DNA of 64,000 nucleotides from the human T2T-CHM13v2.0 reference genome, Homo sapiens, in the NCBI RefSeq assembly GCF_009914755.1, contig NC_060935.1. One strand, 5' to 3'. Shown one piece after another: positions 37,880 through 54,214 of this stretch. The notes below the pieces were generated by a model, which saw nothing but the letters and a program-made list of their open reading frames with translations, searched no databases and had not been told where the DNA came from. How positions within the stretch are numbered: the first letter of the stretch is position 1; every line of letters starts with the position of its first letter. The position numbers and the translations under genes were made by a program.

Positions 37880-38310
37880 TTAGATACCTCTGCCCTCAGG
37901 ACTCATTGCAACTAAAACCACCTTTCTTCCCATCTCTTTATGTCCAAACTCTGCCAGTTCTTCAGAGTCCATCCCAAGTTTCAACTCTGATTAAATCTCC
38001 AAAATCTCTCTATATCCGTAATGTTTGCTCCACATATGTTTGCAAAACACCTGGCTTTTATTCTATAAATGTTAAGAAACTTATGCCTCATTTTGCCAAG
38101 CACACTCCAGCTCCTTGAGATCAAAGTCTGTATTATATATTAATTTTTGTGTCCAAATAACACATAGTACAAAGATGGGTTAATTCATGGAATTAAATTT
38201 AGTCTGAAAAAAGCAATGACAACTTAGGAAAATTCCTAAGTGGGAGAATGGAGAGCTGAGTTCCACAAAGATAAACTGGTGACCCCATGGGCCCTGTTTA
38301 TCATCTGGAC

Positions 38311-38362
38311 TGCACTCACCTTGGCCTGCACTCACCTTGGCCTGCACTCACCTTGGCCTGCA
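38311..38362. repeat. 16-bp tandem repeat (tgcactcaccttggcc) x3.25 spanning the LPXN exon 4 donor
   Basis: Perfect copies at 38311, 38327 and 38343. Confidence 0.97.
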
Positions 38363-38451
38363 TCTCAGTCAGGTGAGCCATGAGCTCATCCAACTGAGCA
38401 GCTGCTGACGTTTTAGAAGGTGGTGGTGATTCCTTTGGCTCTTGGGCTTCA
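38352..38451 (-). CDS. LPXN: Leupaxin exon 4 (EAQEPKESPPPSKTSAAAQLDELMAHLTEMQAK; LD motif)
   Basis: tatag|T GAA GCC...GCC AAG|gtgagt; 100 nt. Confidence 0.95.
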
Positions 38452-39250
38452 CTATAGAGGGAAAACAAAAAAGTCATATGAACAAATCAAAACTCAAATA
38501 ATGTTAAACCACACATAAAGTACTGGAAATGCAACTGTAATAATGAATCCCCTGGATATGAAGCTAAAATCAGAGATGGGGGTATTTTAAAAATATATTA
38601 ATATGTACTAGACCAAAAATCTAAACAAGTTCTCTCTGCCTTTTTTCTCTATTTCTCCCTGGTCATCTAATTATAAAAAGTATTATATCTCCTGTCAGTT
38701 TTTGTCAAAAAATAAAAATAAACTAGAATATAGAGCAGGCATCAACAAACTAAGGTCCTTGGATCAAATCTGGCCATGTCCATTCATTTATCTACTGTCC
38801 ATAGCTGCTTTTCTGAACAGTTGGGTAGTTGCTACAAAGACTTTATAGTCCACAAAAGCCTAACAAACTTACTATCTGCCTCTTTACAGAACAAGTTTGC
38901 AAATCTCTGGTGCAGAAAGTTTAGATAATATATATGATGATGATTTCATATTCATATAATTGTAAGTAAATTATAAATAAATAAAACTTTGGACCCAATA
39001 AACAGAATACAGATTCTATTCAAGTAGCTGCATAAACATTAGTAAAATTAACTATGTATGAAGATACAAAGTAAAGCTCAATAAATTTTTAAAAGTACAT
39101 CATATAGACCATATTCTTAGATTGGAGTGAATAGAAGTACAAATTAATCATAAAAACTATCCACTTAAGAAAAAACAAAGCACTTCTAAATAATTCTTGG
39201 GATAAAAAAATTAAACTGAATTTTCAAACCAGTTAGAAATAGCAATGAAA

Positions 39251-39298
39251 ACACACACACACACACACTCACACACATGCACACACACACACACACAC
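39251..39298. repeat. Interrupted (CA)n microsatellite
   Basis: Directly visible. Confidence 0.95.
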
Positions 39299-41532
39299 GC
39301 CTTTGGGAGTTGAAAGCTAAATGTTATTGAGAAGAAAATATATAAATAGACTTAAGTGTGATATTAAAAAGTGAGAAAGATCAGAAATACATAAAACTTC
39401 CAAGTCAAGAGTCTCAGAAAAATCTAAAATAATTCAACAGAAGGAATAAATGCATAAATTAGTGAAACAGAAAACAAGAAATAAAACAAAAACTGACAGT
39501 TTTTGGGGGATCATTGTATAAAATTCCCAAATACATAGAAAAATATGGAACATTACCTAATTCATTCTATAAATAGCACAGAAACTTTTTAAAATCAAAG
39601 AAAAAACGATGTGCATGTGTGAAGAGAGAAGGTTAAATAAAATCAGTTGAAATGTGTTTTTTTTAAAAAACATAAAAAATTTTAACAAGTCATGGCTAGG
39701 TGGTGTTTATACTGGTTATCCAAAAATAGTTTGAAATTCAAAATTAGGAAAAAGATTAATATAATTCATTAACAAATAGGAGAAAAGCTTTATAAACACA
39801 ATGATATGTGCTGAAAAAGCCGTGGAAGACATTTAACAACCATTCCTGTTGTTGAATATCAAGAAAAATAAGAAAAAGTCTATAAACTGATAAAATGTTT
39901 CCATAAGAAATATATAGCAAGCCTCATAATTATTAAGCAGATATCTAATTAAGAGATAAGTTGGACATAGATCCTATTATCACTGGCAATCTTCAACATT
40001 ATTCTAGAATACATTATCAAACACATTTAAAAGTAAAATAAGAGAATTATATATTTGAAAAAAAGGCAGCACATCCTCAGTCTTTCTTTTAAAATAGATG
40101 GTATAATAATTTCCCAGGAAAATGTAAGATAAATGACTGAACAACCATTGGAATGAATAAAAAAGATCAGGGTGGTGATTAGATACAAGAATGAAATGAA
40201 ACAGTCTCTTTCTTATTGATCATCAATAAGCAGTTTGAAAATCCAATGCGAAAAAAAGAACCTGTTCACAATTCTAACAAAAGTTGTAAAATATCAAATA
40301 ATATGTTTAACAAGAAATGTGTAAGAATTCTATGAAGAAAAACCATTGGCAGACATAAAGGAAGATCCACATATCCAATTAAACAATGAGCAAAGGACCT
40401 GAATAGATATTTTTCCAAAGAAGAAATAAAAATGGCCAAAAGGTATATGAAAAGGTATTCAACACCATTAATCATCAGGGAAATGCAAATCAAACTATTA
40501 TGAGATACCACTCACAAACAGATGGCTATTCTCAAAAAGTCAAAAGATGGCAAATGTTGGCCAGGGTATGGAGAAAAAAGAACCTTTATACACTGTTGGT
40601 GGGAATGTAGATTGTTACAGCCATTACAGAAAATAATATGCAGGTTTCTAAAGGAATTAAAAATAGAAATACCACATGACACAGGAATCCTTCTTCTGGG
40701 CATACACAAAATAAATGGAATTACCACTTCGTAAAGATCTCTGCACTCGTATGTTCATTGCCACAATATTCACAATTCACAATAGCCAAGAGGTGGAAAC
40801 AACTTAAGTGTCCATCAATGGATGGACACCAATGGAATAAAGAAATTGTGAAATATGCACACATACACAACAGAATATTAGTGAGCCTTAAAAAAAGGAG
40901 ATTCTGCTATTTGTCATAGCATTGATGAATTGGAAGGACATTATACCAAGTTAAATAAGAAAGAAACATATTGCATGATCTCACTTATAGGTGGAATCCT
41001 CTTTTGTCATTTAAAAAGGTCAAATATGTAGATACACTGGTGATGAGAGGCAGGAAAGGGGGTGAAAATGGGGACATGTAGGTTAGAGAATATGAAGTAG
41101 CAGATATGTAAGATGAACAAGCCTAGAGATCTAATGTACAACATAAGAACTATCGGTAATGAAATTGTATCGTATTTAGGATTCCTGTTGCAAGAGTAAA
41201 TTTTGGCTGTTCTTGCCACAAAAACAAACAAACAAAAATGTGTAACTGTGTGAGATAATAAATATGTTAATTTGCCTCACTATAGTAACCATTTTACTAA
41301 CTATTCATAACCCATAACATAATATTGTACACCTTAAATATGCACAATAAAATTTATTTTTAGAAAAGAAAGCCTATATAAATGAAGATAAATATTATGT
41401 CAGTTTCCCCTAAACTGTAAATTCAATGTAATTCAAATAAAAATTCTGATATAATTATTCAAGCTAATTAATAAGATGATGTTAACATTTATGGGATAGA
41501 ACACTCAAGACAATTTTGGAAAAAAAAAATAG

Positions 41533-41663
41533 GAGGGGTGTGTGGTGTCTCACACCTGTGGTCCCAGCACTTTGGGAGGTCCAGGTAAGAGAATCACTTG
41601 GGACCTGGAGTTGCGAACAACCTGGGAAACATGAGAGAGACCTGGTCTCTATAAAAATTAAAA
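41533..41663 (+). mobile_element. Alu monomer (FLAM-like)
   Basis: Single diverged left arm. Confidence 0.75.
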
Positions 41664-41767
41664 GTTGTAAAGAAAAAAAAAAACAGGAGGGAAGATTTGT
41701 CTTGATAGATGTGGTGTCTTATAGAGTAACAATAATTAAATTTGTATGATGTTGGTAAAGAAGATAG

Positions 41768-42070
41768 GGCTGGGTGCGATCGTTCATACCTGTGATCCCT
41801 TTGGGAAGCTGAGGCAGGAGGACTGCTTGAGCCCAGGAGTTTAAGACCAGCCTGGGCAACATAGGGAGACCCTGTCTCTACAAAAATTTAAAAATCAGCC
41901 AGATGTGGTAGCACACATCTGTCGTCTCAGCTACTCAGGAGGCTGGGGCAGGAGGATCACTTTGGCCCAGGAGGCCAAGGCTGCAGTGAGTTGTGATCAC
42001 ACTACTGCATGCCAGCCTGGACAACAGAAGCAGAATGAGACCCTGTCAAAAAAAAAAAAAAAAAAAAAAA
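41768..42070 (+). mobile_element. AluJ-like SINE
   Basis: Diverged dimer with long A tail. Confidence 0.9.
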
Positions 42071-43099
42071 GAGAAGAAAGGAAAGGAAGAAGAAAAAGAA
42101 AAACAAATAGGTCAAAGGAGTAGATTAGAAAACCCAGAAACAGGCTCCTGCACCTAAAAGAACTTCCTATATGAGCAATGGGGCATTTCAAATCATCCAA
42201 AACAGACTATTCGACTCAAAGAATAACAACCTATTTGGTACAAAATAAATATGGATCCCCAACACACCAAATACATGAATAAATTTGAGACAAATTAAAG
42301 ATAGATATCAATATTTTTAAATGTAAAGATAATAGAAAAATGAAGAATATATTTTACAATTTGGGGTAATGAAGGTTTTCCTAAGATGGACATAAAATTC
42401 TGAAGTGATTTCAAAAATGAAAAAAATATTGATACAGCTAAGTTCACAAAACTTAAATATAAATAAATATTTAAAACATAATATTCAAGATTTTAAAGAA
42501 ATGTATAAATAATTTAGAAAAATAGAAACCTGAGCTAAAGATTCTTTTAAAAAGCAGGTTTCAGAAAAAGAAACTCAAATGTTTATTACTATATAAAAAT
42601 ACCCTCAACCTCATTAATCTTTAAATTTGCAATTTAAAGCAATGAGATACTAATATTTACCTATTAGTTGAAATTTTAACAGAGGGATAATATGCAGTGT
42701 TGGCAAAATATGAATTTTATATATATACACATACACATTTATATATACCATAGGTGGTTATATAAATTTATAAACACTTTTGCAAGGCAGTATCTATCAA
42801 CATTTCAGACACATATACCACTTGATTCAGCAATTTTGCTACTAAGAATCTATCCTACAGAAAAATTGGACATATATATATAAATATATGTGCAAGGACA
42901 TTTATTAGGGTACATTTTCTATGAGCAAATTGGAAATAAACCAATGGAGCTAAAGTAAAATAAATAATGGTTCATCCATGCTATAGAATAACATGCAACT
43001 GCTAAGCAGACATAGATTTAAGTGAACTAAAAAAGACTTCCAACAAACATTGTTAGTGTAAAAAAGAAAAGCCCAGAACAATACGAAAATTATACTTCC

Positions 43100-43399
43100 A
43101 GCCTGGTGCAGTCACTCATGCCTGTAATCCTAGCACTTCAGGAGGCTGAGGTAGGAGGACTGCTTGAGCCCAGGAGTTCAAGACCAGCCTGGGAAACATA
43201 GGGAGACTCCATCTCTATGAAAATTTTAAAAATTAGCTGGGTGTGGTGGCACATGCCTGTGGTCCCAGCTACTTGGGAGGCTGAGATGAGAAAATAACTT
43301 GAGCCCAGGAGGTCAAGGCTGCAGTGAGCCAAGATAACACCACTGTTCTCCATCCTGGGCAATAGAGACAGACCCTATCTCAAATTTAAAAAAGAAAAA
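43100..43399 (+). mobile_element. AluJ-like SINE
   Basis: Diverged dimer. Confidence 0.9.
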
Positions 43400-46300
43400 A
43401 ATTTACTTCCATTTATATAAATTTATAAGCCCATGTACATAAGTATGAATATGCACACACATAAGTCTGTAAGGAGAAGAACCTGACAGCAGTTACCTGT
43501 GGAGCTGGTAATGAGTTGGTGAGAGGAAAGACTCTAAGAGGAGTGGTCTCAATTTTCACCCTATGTATACATTTCCAAATTCTTCGACTTTTTACGCACA
43601 TGAGTTTATGAAATAGTTTTGTATCTTAAGTTATATTTTTAAAACAAAACAAAACACAGGTCATCTATACTAGGAAAATAGCTAACACACATGGCCAACA
43701 GATGAAGTGGTGGAGGTGTCAGATGAGACATCAGTAATGCAATTCACCTGTATATCTCAGTTATTATACACACACATACACACACAATGGTTCTACAAAC
43801 AATCTTCAGTAAAGTACATAAATATAGTCACAGTGTAGAGCTTTCTATTTAAAATTGTTCTAAAATATAAAATTAACACATGTTAAGTGTAGAAAATTTG
43901 AAAACTGCAGAGAAATATACAGAAAAAATTTTAAACACATATAATCCCCTTTTCAGGAGGCATTTACTCTGGACATTTTGGCTGATACCATTACACTTAA
44001 CTATGATTGTGTGTAATTTTAGAAAACTAAAATTATACATTTTTCCTACTCTTATGCAAACATTTTTCTATCTTCTGCAACCATAATAGGTAGCATTTAT
44101 TGAATGTCTGTCTGCACTATGCCTGACACTCTATACAGAGCTTTACACAGGTTCTCTTTAAATCTTTTATAATAACAACCTTAAGAGCTAGGTATTATCA
44201 CCTCCAAATGAAAAACTGGGGCTTAGAGAAGTTAAAAACTTTTTTGTACATAATACAGTTGGCAAGTAACAAAGAGCTTGGGCCTGCAAACTGCAAAGTT
44301 TGTGCTGTGTGTCCTGAATTATCTGCCAAAATAATGTTTAAAGGCTATATATTTTCAAATAGATAATGTATTATATAATTTATCAAACTAATAATTTATT
44401 GCTGGACACCTAGATTGTTTTCTAACTTTCATTATTATAATCAATACTGCCAAACAAATATTTGCACCCATGTTTGATCATTTACATAAGAGTTAAATTT
44501 TAAGAAGGGAAATCACCGGGCCAAAAGGTATAAAAAGGTAACTGACTGTGGAATCATGTTTGTAATCAACATTAATCAACAGAGCTTAGCTAACAACCCA
44601 CCAAACCAAAACCCTCTGTCTCACAACTACTCAAGCCTTTTCTCTCTCTCTCTCTGCACAAAGATGCAAAGTCATAAATAAAAGTAAATGTTCTGTCTTT
44701 CACTTAATATATTTTCAAAAATGAAAACATACATTTACTACTTATCTTTATGTAGTTACCAGCCAGAAAAAAAGTAGAAGAAAAGTTGATACTTTTCTCT
44801 CTTAAGAAGAAAAGACTATCTTTTGGATACGACATATCTCATGTCCACTTATTTTTGATCACTTAACAACAAGGAAAATATAAGAGGAAAATGGATATCT
44901 CTTAAGATAAAAGATTTATCTTTTAGGTACAACATGGCCCTCTACTAGATGCAAGATTTTTTGTTTTAATCTGAGAGCAAAACCGGTCAAGTATGCAAGT
45001 AATTGATTCAATCCATTGTGGATGTTTCCCAGAAGGTACACTGGAGCTTTTTCTCACAGCTCGATCAGTCATAATCCTTTCGTAGCTGCTGCCACAGGCA
45101 AATGCCTTGGGAATACAAAAGGCAGCAGGACTGTGAACACATTCTGCTGCCCTATGCCCAAATGCAGAACAAATGCAGTTTCTTAGCAGGGCTTGTATAT
45201 TCCTAAAAAACCTTCCAATCTCACAGTTGGGGCAAATTTGTGCTTATTCAAAGAATTCCCACTGGTTTTTAACTAGAGTCCTAGTGCAGTGTAGAAAGGG
45301 AAATAGATCATTGTTATAATACTCCAACAGTTATTGAGTCAACAGTATAAAATTCTACATAAGAAATGAGAGACCTTGAAGAGTTAATGATTACAAATTA
45401 AAGTGCCCACTGCAGGAAATGTTCCTGAAAAGAGAAGAACCTTTGATTTGTTCCCTGACCTTTTGAAGATAGTAAAGATGCTTGGCTATGTCATCAGCAG
45501 CAACTTACTTCACTGCTCAGAGATTTCAGTAACACATATCACAAGAGATGCATCTAAAAGAATCCAGACTTAAGCAAGGGGCTTCATTGTGCTGGGTTTT
45601 TTTCCCCTACTTATTTCTCTGTTATATTTTTATGACTTATTCCTCTCGATTATTACCAGAATTATTTTTGTTTATGTAAAAGATACATTTCTAAATTATT
45701 GCTCATGTTGCTATTGATATATAACTATACTAGAAATGTTATTGCATTGTTATATTCAGAGCTAGTATTGAAAATACTTTGAAGGTATGTTAAAAGCAAT
45801 ATTTAGTTCATTTAAGCAAGCCAGAGTAAATAGTAGAAACAGAATGCAGGAATCTAGTTTGTGTGTCTAATATTCTATTTATATGCTAGCCTTGCCAGCT
45901 CAGAGTGATACTAGTCTCAGGGATGTGCATCTATCTATTACATATTTACTAGGTCACCTGGATTTTATGTCACTCTCCCACAGAGGCCTGGCTACACAGC
46001 AAGTATCATTCAGTAATAGGAAGTACATCAAAGGCCAGTCAGGAAAACACAAACCACATGAGTACACAGAGTTTAGACCAGAAACCTGATTACACAGGTG
46101 AGGGGAGAGCTAAGAAGCAAAACAGAAGACACTGAATAACCCAGAAGTCACTACTACCCCTAAGCCAAAGGGAAAAAGAAAAGAGGAGAAGTTACCAGAG
46201 CTAGGGGCCCAAGTCAACAGGCAGAAGGTGAAACCACAGCAGACCTGTTGTGCTCCAGCTGAAGTCATAAAGAAGATAAAGCTGCTGACAGAGATCCTGT

Positions 46301-47659
46301 GGAAATAGAGCGACTTGGGGGGGGAAATGCCCTGGATTTCACTGCTTTTTACCCTGCAGTCTTTCCACAGTGCCTCCCATTGGTTGAAGACAGTGAGGAC
46401 CAACTGATCCTGGAGCCTGGAAAACCCAAGGGGTCAGCTCCCCTGGAATACAGAGCAAGAGAAGGAGGAAATCATGGGAAATAGGCCAGAGAGGCCCATA
46501 CTATGAGGAAGAGGGTGTCAATAAGTTAGTATTGGTACACCATCAGTTAATAATCACAGTGCCAGATATACAGGCTGTTGGTTGGGCTAGTTTTCATGTT
46601 ATATGTTCATGCATTCACTCGCATTTCTACTGGAGTCTTGGTTTCCTAGATTTAAGAAACCAAATATTTACTGAGGACCTATTGTGTGCCAGCCACTTTT
46701 TGTTATTGTTTTGCTTTGTTTTTATTTTTCATTGGGGCTTCAGGGACTGGGGAGGGACTAGGAGGAATTCTCATCTGGCAACATCCTTGGAACTAGAATA
46801 AACTGGCAATATGTATCAATAAATTGGCCTCACCTTCACCAAAGTAAAAAGCATCCTTAAGAGGGAAGTTTTAAGAAAACTTCTTGTAGCACAGTTCTTG
46901 CCTTATTTTTGCCTTGCATGTGTGCACTATTGACTGCAATCCTGAAACCAAATAAGGTGTGATCTAGCACTGTTTCCCAAGCATGAATCTTTACTATCTA
47001 TATTTTATGCTCTTTAATTTGTTTTCCAGAAAGTTGTCTGATGTTAAAAATTGCAAGCTATAACTAAGGAGAGAATAAGTAAGTTAATCTTGTTATTTTT
47101 TCAGACTGCCAATTCTGCTTTAGCCAGGAGAAATGATTTAGTAAGTGTATCTGTTTTAATATGGAACTTCTCATAAAAGGAAATCCCTCTACCCACTATA
47201 CAAATTTTGAGCAAATATGGAAAGAAAAAGTAAATACTCATCAGTTGGCCATGGAGACCCACTGTCTTAGTTTAACCCTCATCCTAGCTCTGACATTGCT
47301 AGAATCTTGCTGAAGTTTCTTCAGGTGTGTTTTATCTTTCAGGAAACTGAAGCATAACATCTGGAATAGCGTGGACAAAACATCTGTGGTAACTCTGGGA
47401 GTATTTACACTTCTTTAGGTGGTAATGGACATAGCAGGGCCCACTAGCCTAGACAACCCTTCCAGAAGCCAGGCACCTTGAGAAGTTGTCAAGTCAGCTT
47501 CACAGAATTCTACCTATGCTCAAAGACTATGGAAAGAGGAGGATGATATACGAGTTCTAATAATAAACACTTGCAAAGCAAATTATCACCCAAACAAAGA
47601 TTGATAACAATTATCTACTAACTTTAATTTTTAAAAGCATTTAATAGAAAAAAAAATAC

Positions 47660-47706
47660 CTGTAGACATTGAGCTCCTGGATATTGGTAGTATACACGAG
47701 CTGCGC
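47660..47706 (-). CDS. LPXN: Leupaxin exon 3 (AQLVYTTNIQELNVYS)
   Basis: ttag|GCG CAG CTC GTG TAT...TAC AG|gtatt; 47 nt, frame consistent with neighbours. Confidence 0.94.
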
Positions 47707-48124
47707 CTAAGATATATAAGTGACAAGAGAAGAGCAAAGAATAAATTTTTGTTATCAGAATGTTGAGGCTTAATGATACCCACAGTTAATAGATGTTTGT
47801 AGCTTTTAAAGGGGACTGACAAGTGGCATATCTATGAGCTCTTCTTTCACAAGCCAGAGGAATTACCAGCCATCCCACAAAGAAAAGCCAAATTCTAAAC
47901 AGAGTAGTTGGCATGTGAACAAACACTAGCAGCCCCTCCTTGCCTAAAAACCACCGAAATAGAGAAGTTGATCCTCCTTAGATAAGAACCATAAATCAAA
48001 TAAAATGGGTCAGAGCTAAGCCCCTTTAACTAAACAGGATGGTGCCTAGGAGGAGACTATAATGTTATTAAACTTGACATATGAAAAGAAATAACATGTG
48101 AATCTAAAAGATGGTTGGCTGGCA

Positions 48125-48556
48125 ATTCATTTATTAATTGAACAAATATGTATTGAGGGCCTGTCATGTGCCAGGGCTGAGGATGTAGCAGTCAAAAAGC
48201 AAAAAAATCAAATAAAAACTGTAAGCCCTGAAGCTTACATTCTGGTGCTGTGAAACAAATAATAAAGAAATTGGTATGTAAAAGTAATATTCTGCATAGA
48301 GGATGGGAAGTGGGGAGAGACAGCAATTATAAATATACTGATCAGGGAAGGACTCACTGAGAAGAGAACGCTTGAGCAAGGACTTATATAGGAGGTGGGG
48401 AAAGAAAGCAAATATCTGGGGTCATATGATTCAGGTGGAAAGGCCAGCAGGAAAACCACCTGGAGCATCTGTGGAACCACGAGAAGGAGAGTGTGGCCTG
48501 AGCAGAGTGAACCAAGGACACAGGGACAGCAAGTAAAGGGGCCAGATCATACAGAT
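48125..48556 (-). mobile_element. L2 fragment, continuing at about 52345-52530 after the DNA-transposon insertion
   Basis: attcatttatt...aacaaatatgtattgagggcc...tgtgccagg is a typical L2 3' end; the downstream part resumes L2-like sequence. Confidence 0.7.
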
Positions 48557-48756
48557 GAGGTGGCCACATCACCAAACGTTCAGAATGGGGTATTTTTTAG
48601 AAAGAAAATGGGTTCCAAAAATAAGTCATATTGTATCATTTTTAAAATATGTGTTTATTGGCCAGGCATGGTGGCTCATGCCCGTAATCCCAGTACTTTG
48701 GGCAGCCGAGGCAGACGGGTCACGAGCTTGTATCATTTTTAAAATATGTGTTTATT

Positions 48757-49056
<300 letters not shown>

Positions 49057-49204
49057 TTATTGACCTGAATTTGGTCTTATTATATTGGTGGACCTATAAG
49101 ATAATTCTATCCAAAATTTATTTTCAAAATAAAAATTTCCTGAAATATCTTAAAGTGATAGTGATACAAAGTTATGAACATTCAAGCAACTTTAAAAAAA
49201 TATT

Positions 49205-49557
<353 letters not shown>

Positions 49558-50502
49558 TTATATGTATTCACATACCTTAATTGGTTATTTAGATATTATT
49601 GTCTCTAGCATTGGGATGTGGACATTTTTCAGGAACGTGTTTTTTTTCGTTTTTTATTTAAACAGTTATTTTTTTATAAAACTGCAATCTTTTTCAAAAC
49701 TTCATTTTATGGTTAATATATTTGAAATTATGGACAACTTTAATTGATGCTTCACTATATGTTTTTAACTGAGAACACATTTCCTCTCTAGATACTGATG
49801 AACCTGTAAGTTCTGCTAAATGAAGAATCTTCTCATTTTTTAGATTAAAATATGTAAATATTTCAGGCCAATATCGTCATAGGTGCTGTCTTTCTACCTT
49901 CATTCAAAGCACTTTTGCTCAATAATTTCTTACAAGATAAAACTTTCAAGTTGTCTATATCTGTGATTGTTTCAACATTTCACCAAATCTAGATACTGCA
50001 AAATCATAGACTTTCACAATTTTTCTCCATTTTGGTAGAGAATAAAAATTTATCCAAATAAAATTAGAAGTCAAAATACATCAAAGTCAAGATTTTTCTG
50101 AAGCACAATTGTCAAAGTAGATAATTAAACCATATCTGCTTTCATCTTTTGATTTGTTCAACTCCTTCTTCGCTTTTGTAGGGAGAAATTTGAGCTTCTT
50201 CCTTTGCAAGCCTTATTTTACGTAATTGTAACTTGCTAAAAGCTTCAAAAGCTGAATTTTCATGCTACATTCATTCAGTAATCGATTAAAAATTTCCAAC
50301 TGGTCTTGAACATAATGCAATCTAAATTTGGGTTGCTTTACAAAGTGGTTTTTCAAAGGCTCAGGCATTCCCAAAATCCAATTGATGACATGCAACACAG
50401 ACAGGAATATACATATAGTCATTCTGAAATGTTTCCTTGCATGGTAGTGTTCAATATCAGCTTCTGTCAGAAAAGTTTTGTAGATCAGTTACTTATAAAA
50501 TC

Positions 50503-50535
<33 letters not shown>
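50503..50535. repeat. (TG)n(TA)n microsatellite
   Basis: Directly visible. Confidence 0.93.
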
Positions 50536-51822
50536 TTATAATTTATACATTTTGACAATTTTAGTTTCTGTTTTGACTGACAGAATACCGCAGCTTGTTT
50601 GAATGCAGTCACAAATTTTGTGCACATTACAACCAATTCCAAGTACATTTCTGCTTCATAGCTTGTTAACTTGGTAAGAACATTTTTAACACAATGCTGT
50701 GCTCTATTAACATTTGTATTCATATTCTTACAACAAAAACAACAGTTTACCTTCAATGTTGAGCTTTTCAACTAAATTTACAGTGGCATTAACAATGTCA
50801 GATGTTTCACTTTTTGACTAGGAAATAAATTTTCACATATTTTATTTTGATTGTTTGAATTAGATAAAAAACAAAATTGAAACATTTCAGAATTAATACA
50901 TTTTTGAATTGAGACCTCTAAGGAAATTATTATAAAAAACATTATTTGAAGGTTTGCAAAGGAAAATCACTCATTAATTATTACCAGTTTACTTACAAGT
51001 ACAAGAAAACTTGGAATTGAAAATGAGCAAAATTAATTTATGAGTTATTTGATACTAATGGGAAGGTGTGCTTCACAATGACATGTACATAGGCCTCCTG
51101 CAGCTGCCGTGTTGAAGTCATTTTAAGGCATATTCTTCTTAAATTATTAACTTTGGAAATAGATGCCAAAGCTGCTTCACCATATTTGTACCTTCTGGTT
51201 TTCAAAGGGATAGTGATCTTTCTACTTGCCTGCATGGTACATGGTAAATATTGAAAAATATTTTCTGCACGTTGCATATTCATTATCAGCTTTCTTGAGA
51301 CAATTAAACATGTGGGTTTTGTTTTGAGCTAACTGCTGAAAGGGTTTATTGTAAAATTCAAAAGGCATTACCATATAATAAAACAAATAGAGCTTCACAT
51401 ATACAAATAATAACAAAACTGCTTTAATAAAACAATTAGGTTACACTATACTCTATGGCAAAATTACTTAGCCTCTATTTCCTAAACATAATTTGTATGA
51501 CATTAAGCCACAATTTCTCCCATTTTCTACTGACTCTGAGGAGGTTCCACGCATCTCACAGGCCACCCACCACACGACCACATGAGGGCATGAGTGGTGG
51601 TTCACAAAGTGGCCAGCAGGGGGAAAAGCCTCAGAAATTCTTCTGCTACCACCTAAGATCAGAAGAGGTACTTGTGCTTGAGCTCTTAGCTTTAACAGGC
51701 AGCACCCTGCATATAATTCTTGAAAGGTTGCTGCTAGCTAGGTTTCATCTGAACAGAATCAAGAAAAAAGACAAGTTATCATTAGCCATCTTTTGCATTT
51801 AACCATAATTAAGTCAGAATTT

Positions 51823-52142
<320 letters not shown>

Positions 52143-52877
52143 TCATACGCTGCTAGATGAGACCATGGAAGAAGCTGGAAGGAGGTCTGTTAAGCCATAG
52201 TGGCTTACTTAATGCAAATACTGATAAGAAAACTTTAAATAAAATTGAAGATCTGGGGTAAAAAGTAAAGTTAATAGGATGTGAGAAAAACAAGCATAAA
52301 CCCAGGACTCTTTCAGGTAAACCAGGATATATGGTCACCCCAGAAAGATCAACATGAAACTATGGCTTTTACTCCAAATGAGATGGGAGTCATTTTGGGG
52401 TTTTGAGTAGAAGAATGACAGGGTCTGACTTTAGTTTTTAAAGGTGACCCTGGCTGCTTGAGAACAGACTGCAGTGGGGCAAAGGGCAGGAGACCACTTA
52501 GGAGCCTACAGCTATAATCTAACACTGAGAACAAAGACAATAGTTCCCTAGTAGAGAGATAAATTCGTATCCTTAAAATTGTGTATGTGTCTGGAGAAAA
52601 GAACAGTTAGGGCGTAAACTACCCCTGAGCTCAAATTTCAGGTCTGTGCTTCTGGCTATTTCATACAGGGAACAATGATGAATCAAAATATCATAGTACA
52701 AAATTACCAGCTATGAAGAGCATCTACTTAATTCATCTTACACTAATTCCATTCTCATCAAGCAACCTTTTAATTATAATGTACGTCCATATAGACTTAT
52801 CCATAGGAAGAGAATGCATATATGAGTAAATATAGCTGTTTTACTTGATAGCTTTAACTGTAAATTTGATTTCTGAG

Positions 52878-53236
<359 letters not shown>

Positions 53237-53522
53237 TGAGTTGGTTCCCTAGAGCTTCATCATCTCTATATAAACTAATAATTGAATCTCCTAATCTATT
53301 CAGCAGAAAATAAGACCTGGGAAGTAGTGACCCTAAAAAGTCACCCTGAGAAGACTTGTCTATGCTGCCACCTGGCCTTCCTCAGGTGATCTCTGGCCTG
53401 AGTACCATTCCAGTCAAACTGCAACAGGCATCTCTGATGCCCCCACAGTAACATCAGAATATCCCCAGTGAATGCAATACTCTGCCTGTGACCATGTGCT
53501 CATTAGAAAAAATGTAGTTCTC

Positions 53523-53934
<412 letters not shown>

Positions 53935-54056
53935 TTATTTTTTCTCTTTCTTGGATATATTATTCTCCTTTCATATTATTTTATGTGGGATTCTGTTAAT
54001 TTTCAGAAATGCACTCAAACATCCATGTTTAAGGACTATAATAAATGAAAATTTAC

Positions 54057-54214
54057 CGGCAAGGGACTTGTGTTATCCTGAATAGAAAGGATCTCCGAAG
54101 TCTCATCAAGGTTAGTCTCCTTTCTGGAATGCTGATCCAGGGGAAGAGGAGCTGGGTTGGAATATTCATCACTGTCCTGAAGGGTGGAGCGTTCCAGTTC
54201 CTCCAATAAGGCAT
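54057..54214 (-). CDS. LPXN: Leupaxin exon 2 (DALLEELER...NTSPLP; LD motifs)
   Basis: gtgtag|AT GCC TTA TTG...TTG CCG|gtaaat; 158 nt. Confidence 0.96.

Larger units (their letters stand above)
38980..43080 (+). mobile_element. Degenerate mammalian L1 (L1M) ORF2 and 3' remnants, with a nested L1MA 3' end (about 40370-41360) and Alus
   Basis: ORF 40522..40734 MAILKKSKDGKCW...HCWWEC resembles the ORF2p C-terminus; A-rich L1 composition. Confidence 0.75.
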
